A stretch of DNA of 36,729 nt from Cytophagales bacterium (GCA_044349205.1 JBIKRJ010000003.1:1-36729); one strand, 5' to 3'; shown: positions 1 through 9,192, numbered from the stretch's first letter. A program made the numbers and translations. The notes: a model not told the origin generated them from the sequence alone.

Positions 1-3000
1 GGGTGCCCCCATTGGTCACCGTCACCCCACTGTTGATTGTAAATTTGGCACCTGAGGTCACATTTAGGTATTTATTACCTGAAGAACTTATGCCCAAGTC
101 AGAAGCCTGCACCACTCCTGTGGCAGAGGTATTGGCAATTTCCAACTGTCCAAAGGTTCCTGCCCCAGAGATAGTCTGCGCAGAAGAAGTGTTAGATAAA
201 CTTATTTTACCCGACCCGGTAGAAGAGTGTACCCCGCCATTTGTGACATTGCCTTTGACACTCACGGCAAAGCCACCATCAGCGAGGGTTCCTGATGTGA
301 TACTCAAATCACCGTTTACTGTGGTATTAGCGGTGATGGTACCTGTTTTTGCCGCACCGTTCATGGTCAAATGGTGGTATGTAGAACTGCTTGGGTTTTT
401 CACGTTGGCAGTATTGGTGTAAATCACCGTATTTGGGCTTGCACTAGCCGTCAACGTAGGGGCAATATCACCTGTGCCCCCATACGTGAAGGAAGCATTC
501 GCTGCATTCACAAAAGTTCCGGCACCAGTAAGGGAAGTGCCTACGGTCAAGGTGCCATTGTTAGTGAATGTACCTGACGTCAACAAGAGAGTGGGTATCG
601 ATGCCGTCACACCTGAATTCAATTGGGCGCCTTGCGCATCGTTCAATTGAAGTATGACATTCGTACTGTTGGGTGTATAGGTGCTGCTCGAACCCGATAT
701 TTGGTGTACAGCCGAACCACCACTCAATATCAATCGGTTAGCCGCATTGTTTGAGGCATTGAAAGTTCCGTTGTTGATGAGATTACCTTTCAAAGTATAG
801 GTACCTGCACCACCAAACCTTAGCGTACAACCGCTTCCAATGGTAAGATTGCCTGCAATACCCGTGTTGCTACCACCATTGTACGACAATGAAGTACTAG
901 TCCCGCTCAGTTTAAGACTTGGGAAAGAAGCAAAATTGACATTGGTATAGGTGTAAGCGTAATTACCATAAAAATCCATGGTACTTGTCGCATCCAAACT
1001 TTGCGTATTGTCGGTAAAACCTGAAACAATCGCAGTAGTAGAAGTCCCAATTTTGAAAATACTGTTGGCTTCCATGGTCAGCCTTGGAGTTCCTCCTTGC
1101 AAATCCCAAGCGAAACCACCGTCGTCAAATGTGCATCCATTTTTTATGGTCACAGAGGTCTTGAAATTTTGCGTACCGGCTGAGGTGTAGGTTTGTGCAG
1201 TTCCCCCGAAAGACACTTGGCAGCCAAAGTTCATGCCACTGGGAATGGTTTGGCCAGTATTCAGCAATAATTGGGAAGAGGAACTACAATTTGCAAAAGT
1301 ACCAGAAGTGACACTAAAGGTACCAGGATTGCTGATGGTCATGATGGCATTGGCATTGAGCGCAAAATTTCCTCCCACGGTCAACAAATTGCGAATTGTC
1401 CAATTACCACTATAGGTACCATTGGCAGTGGTAGTAGTGAGCCTATACACGCTCAAACCGCCAGGGCTTGCCGCAGCGTTAAAAGTACCAGCATCGAGGG
1501 TAGTATAGATACTGTTCGAATTATCGACTTGGGCTGTTGTCGTATTGCTGTTTGTAAGACTTACTGCATTGGCAAAAGAAATATTGGCACTTTTGCCTGC
1601 AGTGCCCGTCCATGTACCCGTGGCGGAAATCGTGACAGGACTGCCATTGAAACGAATGGCATTCGTCGCTGTTGCATTGCCATCTATTCTAAATGTACCT
1701 CCGTTGGGTACTGTGTAGGCATTGGTAATCACCAGCAAGTTTTTGTCAGACCCATTGTCGAAATCACCTATTCGCAACTGACCTGCCGTATGGGTAAGTG
1801 TTGCAATGGTGGTGGTCCTTGCAGCAACCGAACCCGCACTTTGTATCACCGCCCCTTGTGCGTCATCTAATTCTAGTTTAGCGAACGAATTGTTTCCTGT
1901 ACTCGAAGTAGTAGTCACAACGTGCTCTTGTGAACCACCATTCAAATATATCTTACCAGCACCCGAGTGCGTACCGTTGTTTGTTACGTTACCTTTCACC
2001 GTAGCCGTAAAGCCACCATCTGCCAATGTGCCAGCACTGATTGTCAAATCACCGTTTATGGTAGCATTAGCTGCCAAGGTTCCAGTCTGTCCAGACTTGT
2101 TTACAATCAGGTGATGATAGGTAGTACCGTAAATTTGCTGAGCACCTGCCGTCGAACCAAATGTAACAGTATTTGGCGAGGCTGTGGCTACCAAAGTACC
2201 AGTACCTGCAAAGGTGTTACAATTCAGGTTTAAACTTGCATTGGTACCGTTGGTCAAGGTTTTGCCAGCGGCAATCGTCAGCGTAACCCCAGTGATAGCT
2301 GCAGAACCTACCGTGAATGTGCCATTGTTGGTGAAATTGTCGTTGATGTTTACCCCGACAGCCCAACCGCCTGAAGCCCCATTGATAGTGAAAGAAGCTC
2401 CGCTATTGACAGTATAAACACCGCTAATGGTGATGGTGCTTGCTTGGTTGACTTGGACCGCAGTGGAGCCAGAAAAAGTTTTGTCTGTTCCCGCAAAAGT
2501 AAATGAACCAAAGTTCAAGTTTCCTCCAAAACTTCCAGCACCCGACACGTTACCATTTACCGTGAGCCCATATCCGCCTGCTGGGTTCACGATGCTGGTG
2601 CCATTGGTCAGCGTTATGTCGTTGCAGGTGCGGCTAGCATCCAAGGTTACGGTGAAACCAGTGATGACTACATTGTCGGTTGCACCTGGGAATACCCCTG
2701 AACTTACGGCGGAACCACCTGCAGAAAGAGACCAGGTCGTGTTTGTTCCCCAGTTGCCAGAAGCGATAGCGTAATAGGTTGGGGTAGCTATTATGGTTTG
2801 AGTCCCCCCTGCTGTAATGCTACCCGATTTGGATCCTGAAGCAAAAGTAAGGTTGCTTGTGGTCATCGATGAAACTGCCACTGTATTGCTTGTAGTAGCA
2901 CCGCTTGGCACATCTACTGTAATCCAAAAATACCCTGTGGTACTGAAAGTGATACTTTGTGACAATCCGGTAAAGGAATAACTGCCCGCCGAACCGGCCG

Positions 3001-6000
3001 TAACACTGGAACCTATCTGAACGGCCGAACTCAAGGTGGCAGATGAACTATTGAACCATAGTTTGAATGTAGTCAAATCGGTGCCTGTGGCAGTACCTGT
3101 GGTAGTAAAATCTACTTGTGTAAGTGTCGCATTGTTGGCAGATGATAAAGCTATTTGAAAAGCAGACAAGGCATTTTTGGACGAACCTTTGGAAAGATTT
3201 CCTGCCCCAATTTGACTTGGAGAAGACAAGGTAATAACCGGTGCTGTTGCAATGATTGTCTGGGTACCTCCTGCCGTGGCACTGCCCGACTTTGTTCCAA
3301 CCGCAATTGTAAAATCTGAACTGGTCATGGCAGAAACTACTATGGTGTTGGATGGCGTGGCTCCAGTTGTTATATCGGCCGTTATCCAGAAAAAACCAGT
3401 TGCGCCACTGTTGATAACTTGGGTAAGACCGGAGAAAGAGCGTGAGCCAGACCCTAGGCTAGTAGTAATGTCACTTCCTATTTGTGAAGCTGTGCTTAAA
3501 TTGTTGGATGAATTGTACCAAAGTTGGTATTTGGTAATATCGGCGGCGGTATTAGTAGTGGTAAAAGTGACAGAATTTAAGGTAGCATTGGCTACTGTTA
3601 CAGCCAATTGGAAAGCAGACAAAGCATTTTTGGTTGTGTTTTGTCCGACATTCCCTGCCGACACCTGACCTGGGGAAGATAATACCACGGTAGGTCCAAC
3701 TATGGTTTGAGTACCACCTGCGGAAGCAGAGCCTGATTTTGTGCCGCTTGCTGTGATATTGCTTGTAGTAATGGCTGAAACGACAAGTGTATTGGCGGGG
3801 GTTGCAGAACTGGCAATGTCAGCCGTTATCCAGAAATTTCCTGTTGTACCCACAGAAATAGCTTGCGTAAGGCTTGTGAAAGAGCGTGATCCAGCACCTG
3901 TATTCGATGTAATGCTACTTCCTATTTGACTCGCAGAACCAAATGTAGCAGAAGTGCTGTACCAAAGCTTGAAGTTTGTAATATCAGACGAAGTGGCGGT
4001 TCCAGTTGTGGTAAAATCTACTTGTGTGACGGTAGTACTAGCTGTGGTGACCGCCAGGGAAAAATTATAGACTTGGTTGTTTGTGCTTGCCGTAGCAATA
4101 CTGGCGGCCGCAACCGCAGGGTTAGAAGATGAAAGCGCCAAAGCTGGGGTTGCAATCGTCTGCGTTTCACCCGCAGAAGCAGTACCCGACTTAGTTCCCA
4201 GTGTCAGGGTAATGTCGCTAGTGGTCAGTGCAGAAACGGCGAGGGTATTTCCTCCTGTTGCCCCACTGGCTATGTCGGCTGTTATCCAGAAATTACCCGT
4301 TACACCATTGGCAATGGACTGAGACAATCCAGTGAAGGAGCGGGTACCTGCTCCAGTGCTGCTGGTAATGTTACTCCCAATTTGACTAGCTGAGGCAAAA
4401 GTGGCGGAAGTGCTGTACCAAAGCTTAAAGTTGGTAATGTCCGATGAAGTAGCAGTTCCCGTAGTGGTGAAGGAGATTTGCGAAACGGTAGTATTGGCTG
4501 AAGTGACTGCAAGTGAGAAATTGTACACCTGATTGTTGGTAGTACCCGTTGCAATACTGGCTGCTGCAACTGCGGGGTTGGAAGAGGAGAGTGCCACGGA
4601 AGGGGTTGCTAAAATAGCATTGGGAATAAGTTCTCCAGTTCCTGTAGCATACTTAGCCGACCAATTATCTGTTCCATCGAAAAAGTTAATCATGGCTAGT
4701 TCACCTGCTGATAATGTACCGTTACTGCCCACAATTACTTTACCAGCAGAACCTGTTGTAGAAGAACCATATCCAGAAGCGCCCGTCCATCCCGTGATGA
4801 CTAGGCTGCCAGACCACGTACCTGTTTTGCCGTTAAAGGTCAGAGTGTGAGCACCCGTCCCCAAAGCGATAGTGGCAGTACCATTTAGGAATAAATTTGC
4901 AAATGTTTGAGTAAAGCCAGTTGTTGCCCCTGTTCTGAGCGTTCCACCTGTGAAAGTAAAGGGGGAAGAACTCGAAATTTTATTGGCAGCTGCCAATTGC
5001 AATGTACCGGCTGAAACGGTAGTTGTGCCAGTGTAAGTGTGCGTGCTGGCTGCCCCTATATTGTAAATACCTGTTCCTGACTTGGTCAAGCTCAAATTGG
5101 CATACACACCTGCTGTGTTACCATCATTGGCACCACCGCTGGTGGCGGTCGCATTTCCGTCGTTGATGGTAAGTGTACCGTTGGAAGTTTGACCAGCGCT
5201 GGTAACTCCTGCTGTCAACGTAATCCCAGACGTTCCTGTTATGGAAACATTGCCACCTACCGAAGTACCAGTGCCTACCCTGTTGCCTGCCGTGGTGGTA
5301 TAAGTGGGGGTACCGCTACTGGAAACCGTATTGCCAGAGATTGTAATGGCTCCACCAGAACCCCCATTCGAATTACCACCACTGCCGTTTCCACCTGTAG
5401 TTGTGATGTTATTAGCGGCCAACGATACCAACCCAGTCGTAGAGGTGATAGAAACCGCACCGCCAGCCGAACCAGCATTGGTTCCGCCTGCGTTAGCACT
5501 TGTGGTAGAAATGGCCCCACCAATTGTTACATTTCCATTGCCTGATATAGTGACTGAACCACCAGCCCCCGAGGTTCCGCCGTTTGAAGTACCTTGCGCG
5601 GTGATTGCCGCTGTAGTCACAGTACTTGATGTAGAAGTAATACTTACAGTACCAGCACTTCTTCCTGCTTGACCAAAAGACATAGTTCCACCCGAAGTAG
5701 TGATGGCACCCACAGAAACCGCCCCGCTGGAAGGTGCTGTGTTGTTTATATTTACATTGCCACCATCATTTCCTGTGCCACTGCTTCCGTTACCACCTCC
5801 TGAGGTATTGATTGTGGAAGAAAAAGTAACCGTACCGGATGCATTGACTGTGACGGCACCACCTTTTCCAGAAGTCCCCGAACCGTTGCTGTTACCTCCT
5901 ATACAGCTCACTGCACCCGTTACACTCACATTTCCGGAAGTGGCGGTCAATGTCAAATTGCCACCATTGTTACCAGATCCGCTGTTGCCATTTGCTGCTC

Positions 6001-7846
6001 CGAAAGTGTTAATGGTAGATGAAATGGCTATGTTACCAGAAGCAGCACTGATACTCACATTTCCGCCACTACCAGCAAGGGCTGTGCTGGTCGCAGTTCC
6101 ACCATTAGAAGCAATACTAGTAATCCCTGTCACTGCCCCACTTGTGGATGTAATACTTATAGCGCCACCATTCCCACCGGTGTTGGTCGATACCCCATTA
6201 CCACCACTGTTACCGCCAGTAGAAGATATGCTACCAGAAAAAGTAATTGAACCAGGAGCAGAGATTGTGACCCCCCCTCCCGCTGCACCAGCTGAGGCAC
6301 CAGAACCAGCACCGCCATTGTTGGTTATGGAGGTAATGCTCAAAGTAGTACTGGTGCCCGATATATTTATGTCTAATGCACCTCCAGCACCACCATTGTT
6401 ACCTGCCGTTGCTCCCGAACCTCCACTTTGCGAACCATTTGAACTTACCGTGCCAACCGATACCGTAGAAGAGGCAATGGTTGATTTTATTGTTACGCTT
6501 CCCGCATTGCAGCCTGCAGATACACCCGCCACAGAACCTCCAGTAGTGGTAATGTTACCTATTGCAATGCTACCGCCTGTAGTACTGTTAATGATAATGT
6601 TACCACCTGTACCACCACCACCCGTGTTGTTATTGTTAGTGCCACCCACCGCAGTTAAGACCGGTGTTCCCGAAATGTTTCCCGACGGTGCATTCAAGGT
6701 GATGGATCCCGCATTTCCTCCTTTGGCTGAAGAAGTTGCCGAACCACCTCCCACATTTATAGTGGGACTTGAAGTAAAAGAGATGTTTCCGCCCGAGTTG
6801 GTAACACTTACTGCTCCACCAGGATTTGTGTTGTTGGTTGATGCTGCGCCATTTGTATTGTTTCCACCGGTGGATGTGAGGGCAGACAAGGTGACTGTTC
6901 CACTAGTACTGTTGGTTAGCGTGATGTTGCCTGCAGCACCAGGGGTAAAAGTATTAACTGCAGCACCACCCGAACTGGCAATAGTTCCTGTAAACGTAAT
7001 ACCTGTTGCTGCCGATATACTTATTGCACCACCCGAACCACCATTGGCACCCGAACCACCATTGCCAGCACCACCCGATGCTGTTATGGCTGTTCCTGAT
7101 ACAGAACCCGCAGTAGAGGTTAGTGAGACTGCACCTCCACTTCCAGCAACACCACCCGCACCAGAAGAATTTGCGCTACCCGTTGTGGTTATAGCTGCAG
7201 TCAAAGAAATGTTTCCTGTGCTTGTGGTCATGGTAACTGCACCAGAGGCACCATTGGCTACAGCCGAACTAGCTGCACCTCCTGATGTAGTGATTGTGCT
7301 GGAACCGGTTCCAGAAATGCCAGTACCAGCCGAATAGACAATGTTATAGCCTGGTCTGGTTGCAGTGGTGGCGGCTCCAGTGAGTGATGTTGTTATATTG
7401 TTGCCTATAGTAATGCTACCGCTAGCAGTAATCTTAAAAGTAAATTGGGTGGAAGAAGGGTTGGTTGTTGAAATATTGTTTGAAATGGTCACGTTACCAC
7501 TTCCTCCGCAGCTGGAACATGTAGTCACAATCTCTACACTACCCTGGGTAACACCTGTACCATTCAGCCGATTGGTAAGTTCTGTAAGGTTTACTACCGC
7601 ATTGTTGGCAGATGGAGTAAACGTGTAATATCCAGAAGTTACCCCACCCAACGAACTCCAGCCTCCATTGGCAGTAGAACCAGTACTTATGGTAACATTT
7701 GCTTGTGCAAACAATTTTGATGTACCAAAAGCGAAGCATAAAAAGCCCACCATTACCCACCGTATCGTACAAGTTGTTCTTTCGCTATGGCAGTAAATTG
7801 ATTTGGAAAAAATTCCTTTTTTAACTAATGATAAATAATTTTTCAT
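1..7846 (-). CDS. Giant secreted Ser/Thr/Gly-rich surface protein/adhesin, >=2615 aa, 3'-partial (runs off the left edge); probable T9SS cargo
   Basis: ATG at 7846 gives MKNYLSLVKKGIFSK...WVMVGFLCFAFGTSKLFA|QANVTISTG, a signal peptide followed by Gln. Manual translation of large parts of the frame found no stop. An in-frame stop would have produced an entry in the ORF track, and none is listed. Contains the repeats listed below. Confidence 0.93.
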   Translation of the reverse strand, partial: MKNYLSLVKKGIFSKSIYCHSERTTCTIRWVMVGFLCFAFGTSKLFAQANVTISTGSTANGGWSSLGGVTSGYYTFTPSANNAVVNLTELTNRLNGTGVTQGSVEIVTTCSSCGGSGNVTISNNISTTNPSSTQFTFKITASGSITIGNNITTSLTGAATTATRPGYNIVYSAGTGISGTGSSTITTSGGAASSAVANGASGAVTMTTSTGNISLTAAITTTGSANSSGAGGVAGSGGAVSLTSTAGSVSGTAITASGGAGNGGSGANGGSGGAISISAATGITFTGTIASSGGAAVNTFTPGAAGNITLTNSTSGTVTLSALTSTGGNNTNGAASTNNTNPGGAVSVTNSGGNISFTSSPTINVGGGSATSSAKGGNAGSITLNAPSGNISGTPVLTAVGGTNNNNTGGGGTGGNIIINSTTGGSIAIGNITTTGGSVAGVSAGCNAGSVTIKSTIASSTVSVGTVSSNGSQSGGSGATAGNNGGAGGALDINISGTSTTLSITSITNNGGAGSGASAGAAGGGVTISAPGSITFSGSISSTGGNSGGNGVSTNTGGNGGAISITSTSGAVTGITSIASNGGTATSTALAGSGGNVSISAASGNIAISSTINTFGAANGNSGSGNNGGNLTLTATSGNVSVTGAVSCIGGNSNGSGTSGKGGAVTVNASGTVTFSSTINTSGGGNGSSGTGNDGGNVNINNTAPSSGAVSVGAITTSGGTMSFGQAGRSAGTVSITSTSSTVTTAAITAQGTSNGGTSGAGGSVTISGNGNVTIGGAISTTSANAGGTNAGSAGGAVSITSTTGLVSLAANNITTTGGNGSGGNSNGGSGGAITISGNTVSSSGTPTYTTTAGNRVGTGTSVGGNVSITGTSGITLTAGVTSAGQTSNGTLTINDGNATATSGGANDGNTAGVYANLSLTKSGTGIYNIGAASTHTYTGTTTVSAGTLQLAAANKISSSSPFTFTGGTLRTGATTGFTQTFANLFLNGTATIALGTGAHTLTFNGKTGTWSGSLVITGWTGASGYGSSTTGSAGKVIVGSNGTLSAGELAMINFFDGTDNWSAKYATGTGELIPNAILATPSVALSSSNPAVAAASIATGTTNNQVYNFSLAVTSANTTVSQISFTTTGTATSSDITNFKLWYSTSATFASASQIGSNITSSTGAGTRSFTGLSQSIANGVTGNFWITADIASGATGGNTLAVSALTTSDITLTLGTKSGTASAGETQTIATPALALSSSNPAVAAASIATASTNNQVYNFSLAVTTASTTVTQVDFTTTGTATSSDITNFKLWYSTSATFGSASQIGSSITSNTGAGSRSFTSLTQAISVGTTGNFWITADIASSATPANTLVVSAITTSNITASGTKSGSASAGGTQTIVGPTVVLSSPGQVSAGNVGQNTTKNALSAFQLAVTVANATLNSVTFTTTNTAADITKYQLWYNSSNNLSTASQIGSDITTSLGSGSRSFSGLTQVINSGATGFFWITADITTGATPSNTIVVSAMTSSDFTIAVGTKSGSATAGGTQTIIATAPVITLSSPSQIGAGNLSKGSSKNALSAFQIALSSANNATLTQVDFTTTGTATGTDLTTFKLWFNSSSATLSSAVQIGSSVTAGSAGSYSFTGLSQSITFSTTGYFWITVDVPSGATTSNTVAVSSMTTSNLTFASGSKSGSITAGGTQTIIATPTYYAIASGNWGTNTTWSLSAGGSAVSSGVFPGATDNVVITGFTVTLDASRTCNDITLTNGTSIVNPAGGYGLTVNGNVSGAGSFGGNLNFGSFTFAGTDKTFSGSTAVQVNQASTITISGVYTVNSGASFTINGASGGWAVGVNINDNFTNNGTFTVGSAAITGVTLTIAAGKTLTNGTNASLNLNCNTFAGTGTLVATASPNTVTFGSTAGAQQIYGTTYHHLIVNKSGQTGTLAANATINGDLTISAGTLADGGFTATVKGNVTNNGTHSGAGKIYLNGGSQEHVVTTTSSTGNNSFAKLELDDAQGAVIQSAGSVAARTTTIATLTHTAGQLRIGDFDNGSDKNLLVITNAYTVPNGGTFRIDGNATATNAIRFNGSPVTISATGTWTGTAGKSANISFANAVSLTNSNTTTAQVDNSNSIYTTLDAGTFNAAASPGGLSVYRLTTTTANGTYSGNWTIRNLLTVGGNFALNANAIMTISNPGTFSVTSGTFANCSSSSQLLLNTGQTIPSGMNFGCQVSFGGTAQTYTSAGTQNFKTSVTIKNGCTFDDGGFAWDLQGGTPRLTMEANSIFKIGTSTTAIVSGFTDNTQSLDATSTMDFYGNYAYTYTNVNFASFPSLKLSGTSTSLSYNGGSNTGIAGNLTIGSGCTLRFGGAGTYTLKGNLINNGTFNASNNAANRLILSGGSAVHQISGSSSTYTPNSTNVILQLNDAQGAQLNSGVTASIPTLLLTSGTFTNNGTLTVGTSLTGAGTFVNAANASFTYGGTGDIAPTLTASASPNTVIYTNTANVKNPSSSTYHHLTMNGAAKTGTITANTTVNGDLSITSGTLADGGFAVSVKGNVTNGGVHSSTGSGKISLSNTSSAQTISGAGTFGQLEIANTSATGVVQASDLGISSSGNKYLNVTSGAKFTINSGVTVTNGGT
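203..2122 (-). repeat. Dispersed duplicated ~60 aa block inside the giant ORF (copies at 1949-2122 and 203-382)
   Basis: TYHHLIVNKSGQTGTLAANATINGDLTISAGTLADGGFTATVKGNVTNNGTHSGAGKI versus TYHHLTMNGAAKTGTITANTTVNGDLSITSGTLADGGFAVSVKGNVTNGGVHSSTGSGKI. Confidence 0.85.
2789..4609 (-). repeat. Four tandem 150-154 aa beta-sandwich-like domains (units start at 4609, 4153, 3700, 3250)
   Basis: Each unit has LSS...F(S/Q)(L/I)A...FTTT...D(I/L)TxF/YxLW(Y/F)...QIGS...SF(T/S)xL(S/T)Q...GxFWITxD...KSG...AGxTQTI. From memory it resembles the BNR-neuraminidase N-terminal domain family. Confidence 0.9.
4994..5089 (-). repeat. Autotransporter-associated beta-strand repeat (PATR-like), single copy
   Basis: LTKSGTGIYNIGAASTHTYTGTTTVSAGTLQL matches the LxKxGxGxLxLxxxNTYTGxTxVxxGTL consensus. 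Confidence 0.8.
5200..7400 (-). repeat. Degenerate Gly-rich ~35-40 aa repeats (roughly 15-20 units), beta-helix/haemagglutinin-like, inside the giant ORF
   Basis: Recurring pattern ITxSGG...GxxGGxVxIxSxxGxI, e.g. ITASGGAGNGGSGANGGSGGAISISAATGI, INTSGGGNGSSGTGNDGGNVNINNT and ITTTGGNGSGGNSNGGSGGAITISGN. The unit count and boundaries are estimates. Confidence 0.75.
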
Positions 7847-8353
7847 GTTAAAGGTGTTAATCTTTTCTTACTAAATAGTGTTTTGTATGCTGCCCTTTTA
7901 TCAGGTTTGAGCATGATTATTAGTCAGTTAAAAAATTAATATACACGTATTGTTATAAAAATGCTAAAAAATGAGCGAAAAGTATAATTCTTGGACATAC
8001 CTTTTGGTCTAAATTATGATGATTTTTCTCCAGTATTTTCTTGAAAACTTTATCAATCTAAAAATTACGCTTGTAATATGTTAGAAATTTTCATGTATTA
8101 TTAGGCGTGTTTTTATAATAAAATTTATTTCACCAATTGTTCAAATTTTCGAAGCGTTCTCCTTTTGCACTCCTCTAAAAAGAGGTATATACAAACTAGT
8201 TAATTTACATTCTTAAGGGTCAATTTAATGTAAATCAGAAGTTTATAATTTTTTCATGTTTTCAGGCAGTGTCTATTTCTTTCGCCTTCCCGAAAAATTC
8301 ATCCCAATTTTGGCCAACTTCTTTTTCTAACAAAAAGAAAGCAATTTTGTAGC

Positions 8354-9178
8354 TTGAAAAATCTTGTCAGTTTGTCAAAAAACACTTCAACCGATATGTC
8401 TTTCCTCGATCACCTCGAGGAACTTCGCGGCCACCTCATACGCTCTATTATTGCCATTTTGGCTTTTTCGGTTTTGGCTTTCGTCACTACCGACTTATGG
8501 TTTGGAAAAATCGTTTTGGGGCCTTCTAAAGTGGATTTTTGGTCATACAAGGGCCTTTGCTGGCTCGAACAACGGTTTTCTATTTCAGGATTGTGTATCC
8601 AAAAACTTGATTTTGTGTTGCAAAGTCGCCAAATGGCGGGGCAGTTTGTCATGCACATTACGTCCTCGCTCGTAGCCGGACTGGTACTTTCTTTTCCTTA
8701 TGTTTTTTGGGAATTGTGGCGTTTTATAAAACCCGGCCTTTACCAAAACGAAAAAACTGCAACGGGTGGTGTGGTATGGTATGTGAGCAGTTTGTTTTTA
8801 GTGGGCATCGCATTTGGCTATTTTGTGGTGGCACCTCTCTCTATCAATTTTTTGGCCAATTATAAATTGGATCCCAGCATCGTCAACCAGTTCGATGTGA
8901 CCTCCTATGTATCTACTCTCATCATGCTGGTATTGGGTTGCGGTTTTGTTTTTCAGTTGCCATTGGTCATTTTGTTGTTGGCAAAAGCTGGCATTGTATC
9001 CAGCGAATTTTTGAGGGCTTACCGCAAGCACGCTTTCATCATCATACTGATTACTGCCGCTTTCATTACCCCTTCGCCCGACATTCTTAGCCAGTTGCTT
9101 CTTGCCTTGCCTATGTACCTGTTGTACGAATTCAGCATATTGCTTGCCCTGAAAGAAGAAAAAGCAAATACTATTTGA
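8354..9178 (+). CDS. tatC: Twin-arginine translocase subunit TatC (start may be the ATG at 8396)
   Basis: MSFLDHLEELR, ELWRFIKPGLYxNE, FQLP, RAYRKHA and ITPSPDILSQLLLALPMYLLYE motifs; about six hydrophobic segments. Confidence 0.95.
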   Translation: MKNLVSLSKNTSTDMSFLDHLEELRGHLIRSIIAILAFSVLAFVTTDLWFGKIVLGPSKVDFWSYKGLCWLEQRFSISGLCIQKLDFVLQSRQMAGQFVMHITSSLVAGLVLSFPYVFWELWRFIKPGLYQNEKTATGGVVWYVSSLFLVGIAFGYFVVAPLSINFLANYKLDPSIVNQFDVTSYVSTLIMLVLGCGFVFQLPLVILLLAKAGIVSSEFLRAYRKHAFIIILITAAFITPSPDILSQLLLALPMYLLYEFSILLALKEEKANTI

Positions 9179-9184
9179 AAATGT

Positions 9185-9192
9185 TACTTTTG
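9185..9192 (+). promoter_or_regulatory. Bacteroidota sigma-A -7 box (TACTTTTG)
   Basis: Exact TAnnTTTG match 16 nt upstream of the ATG at 9209. Confidence 0.6.

Noticed and set aside
3-7628. Plus-strand Pro/Val/Leu-rich ORFs, including 5700..7337 (545 aa)
   Set aside because: They are antisense shadows of the Gly/Thr/Ser codon bias of the giant minus-strand gene; they are fragmented and show no protein-like motifs.
8354-9178. tatC without adjacent tatA/tatB as an anomaly
   Set aside because: Unlinked tatA and tatC genes are common in Bacteroidota.
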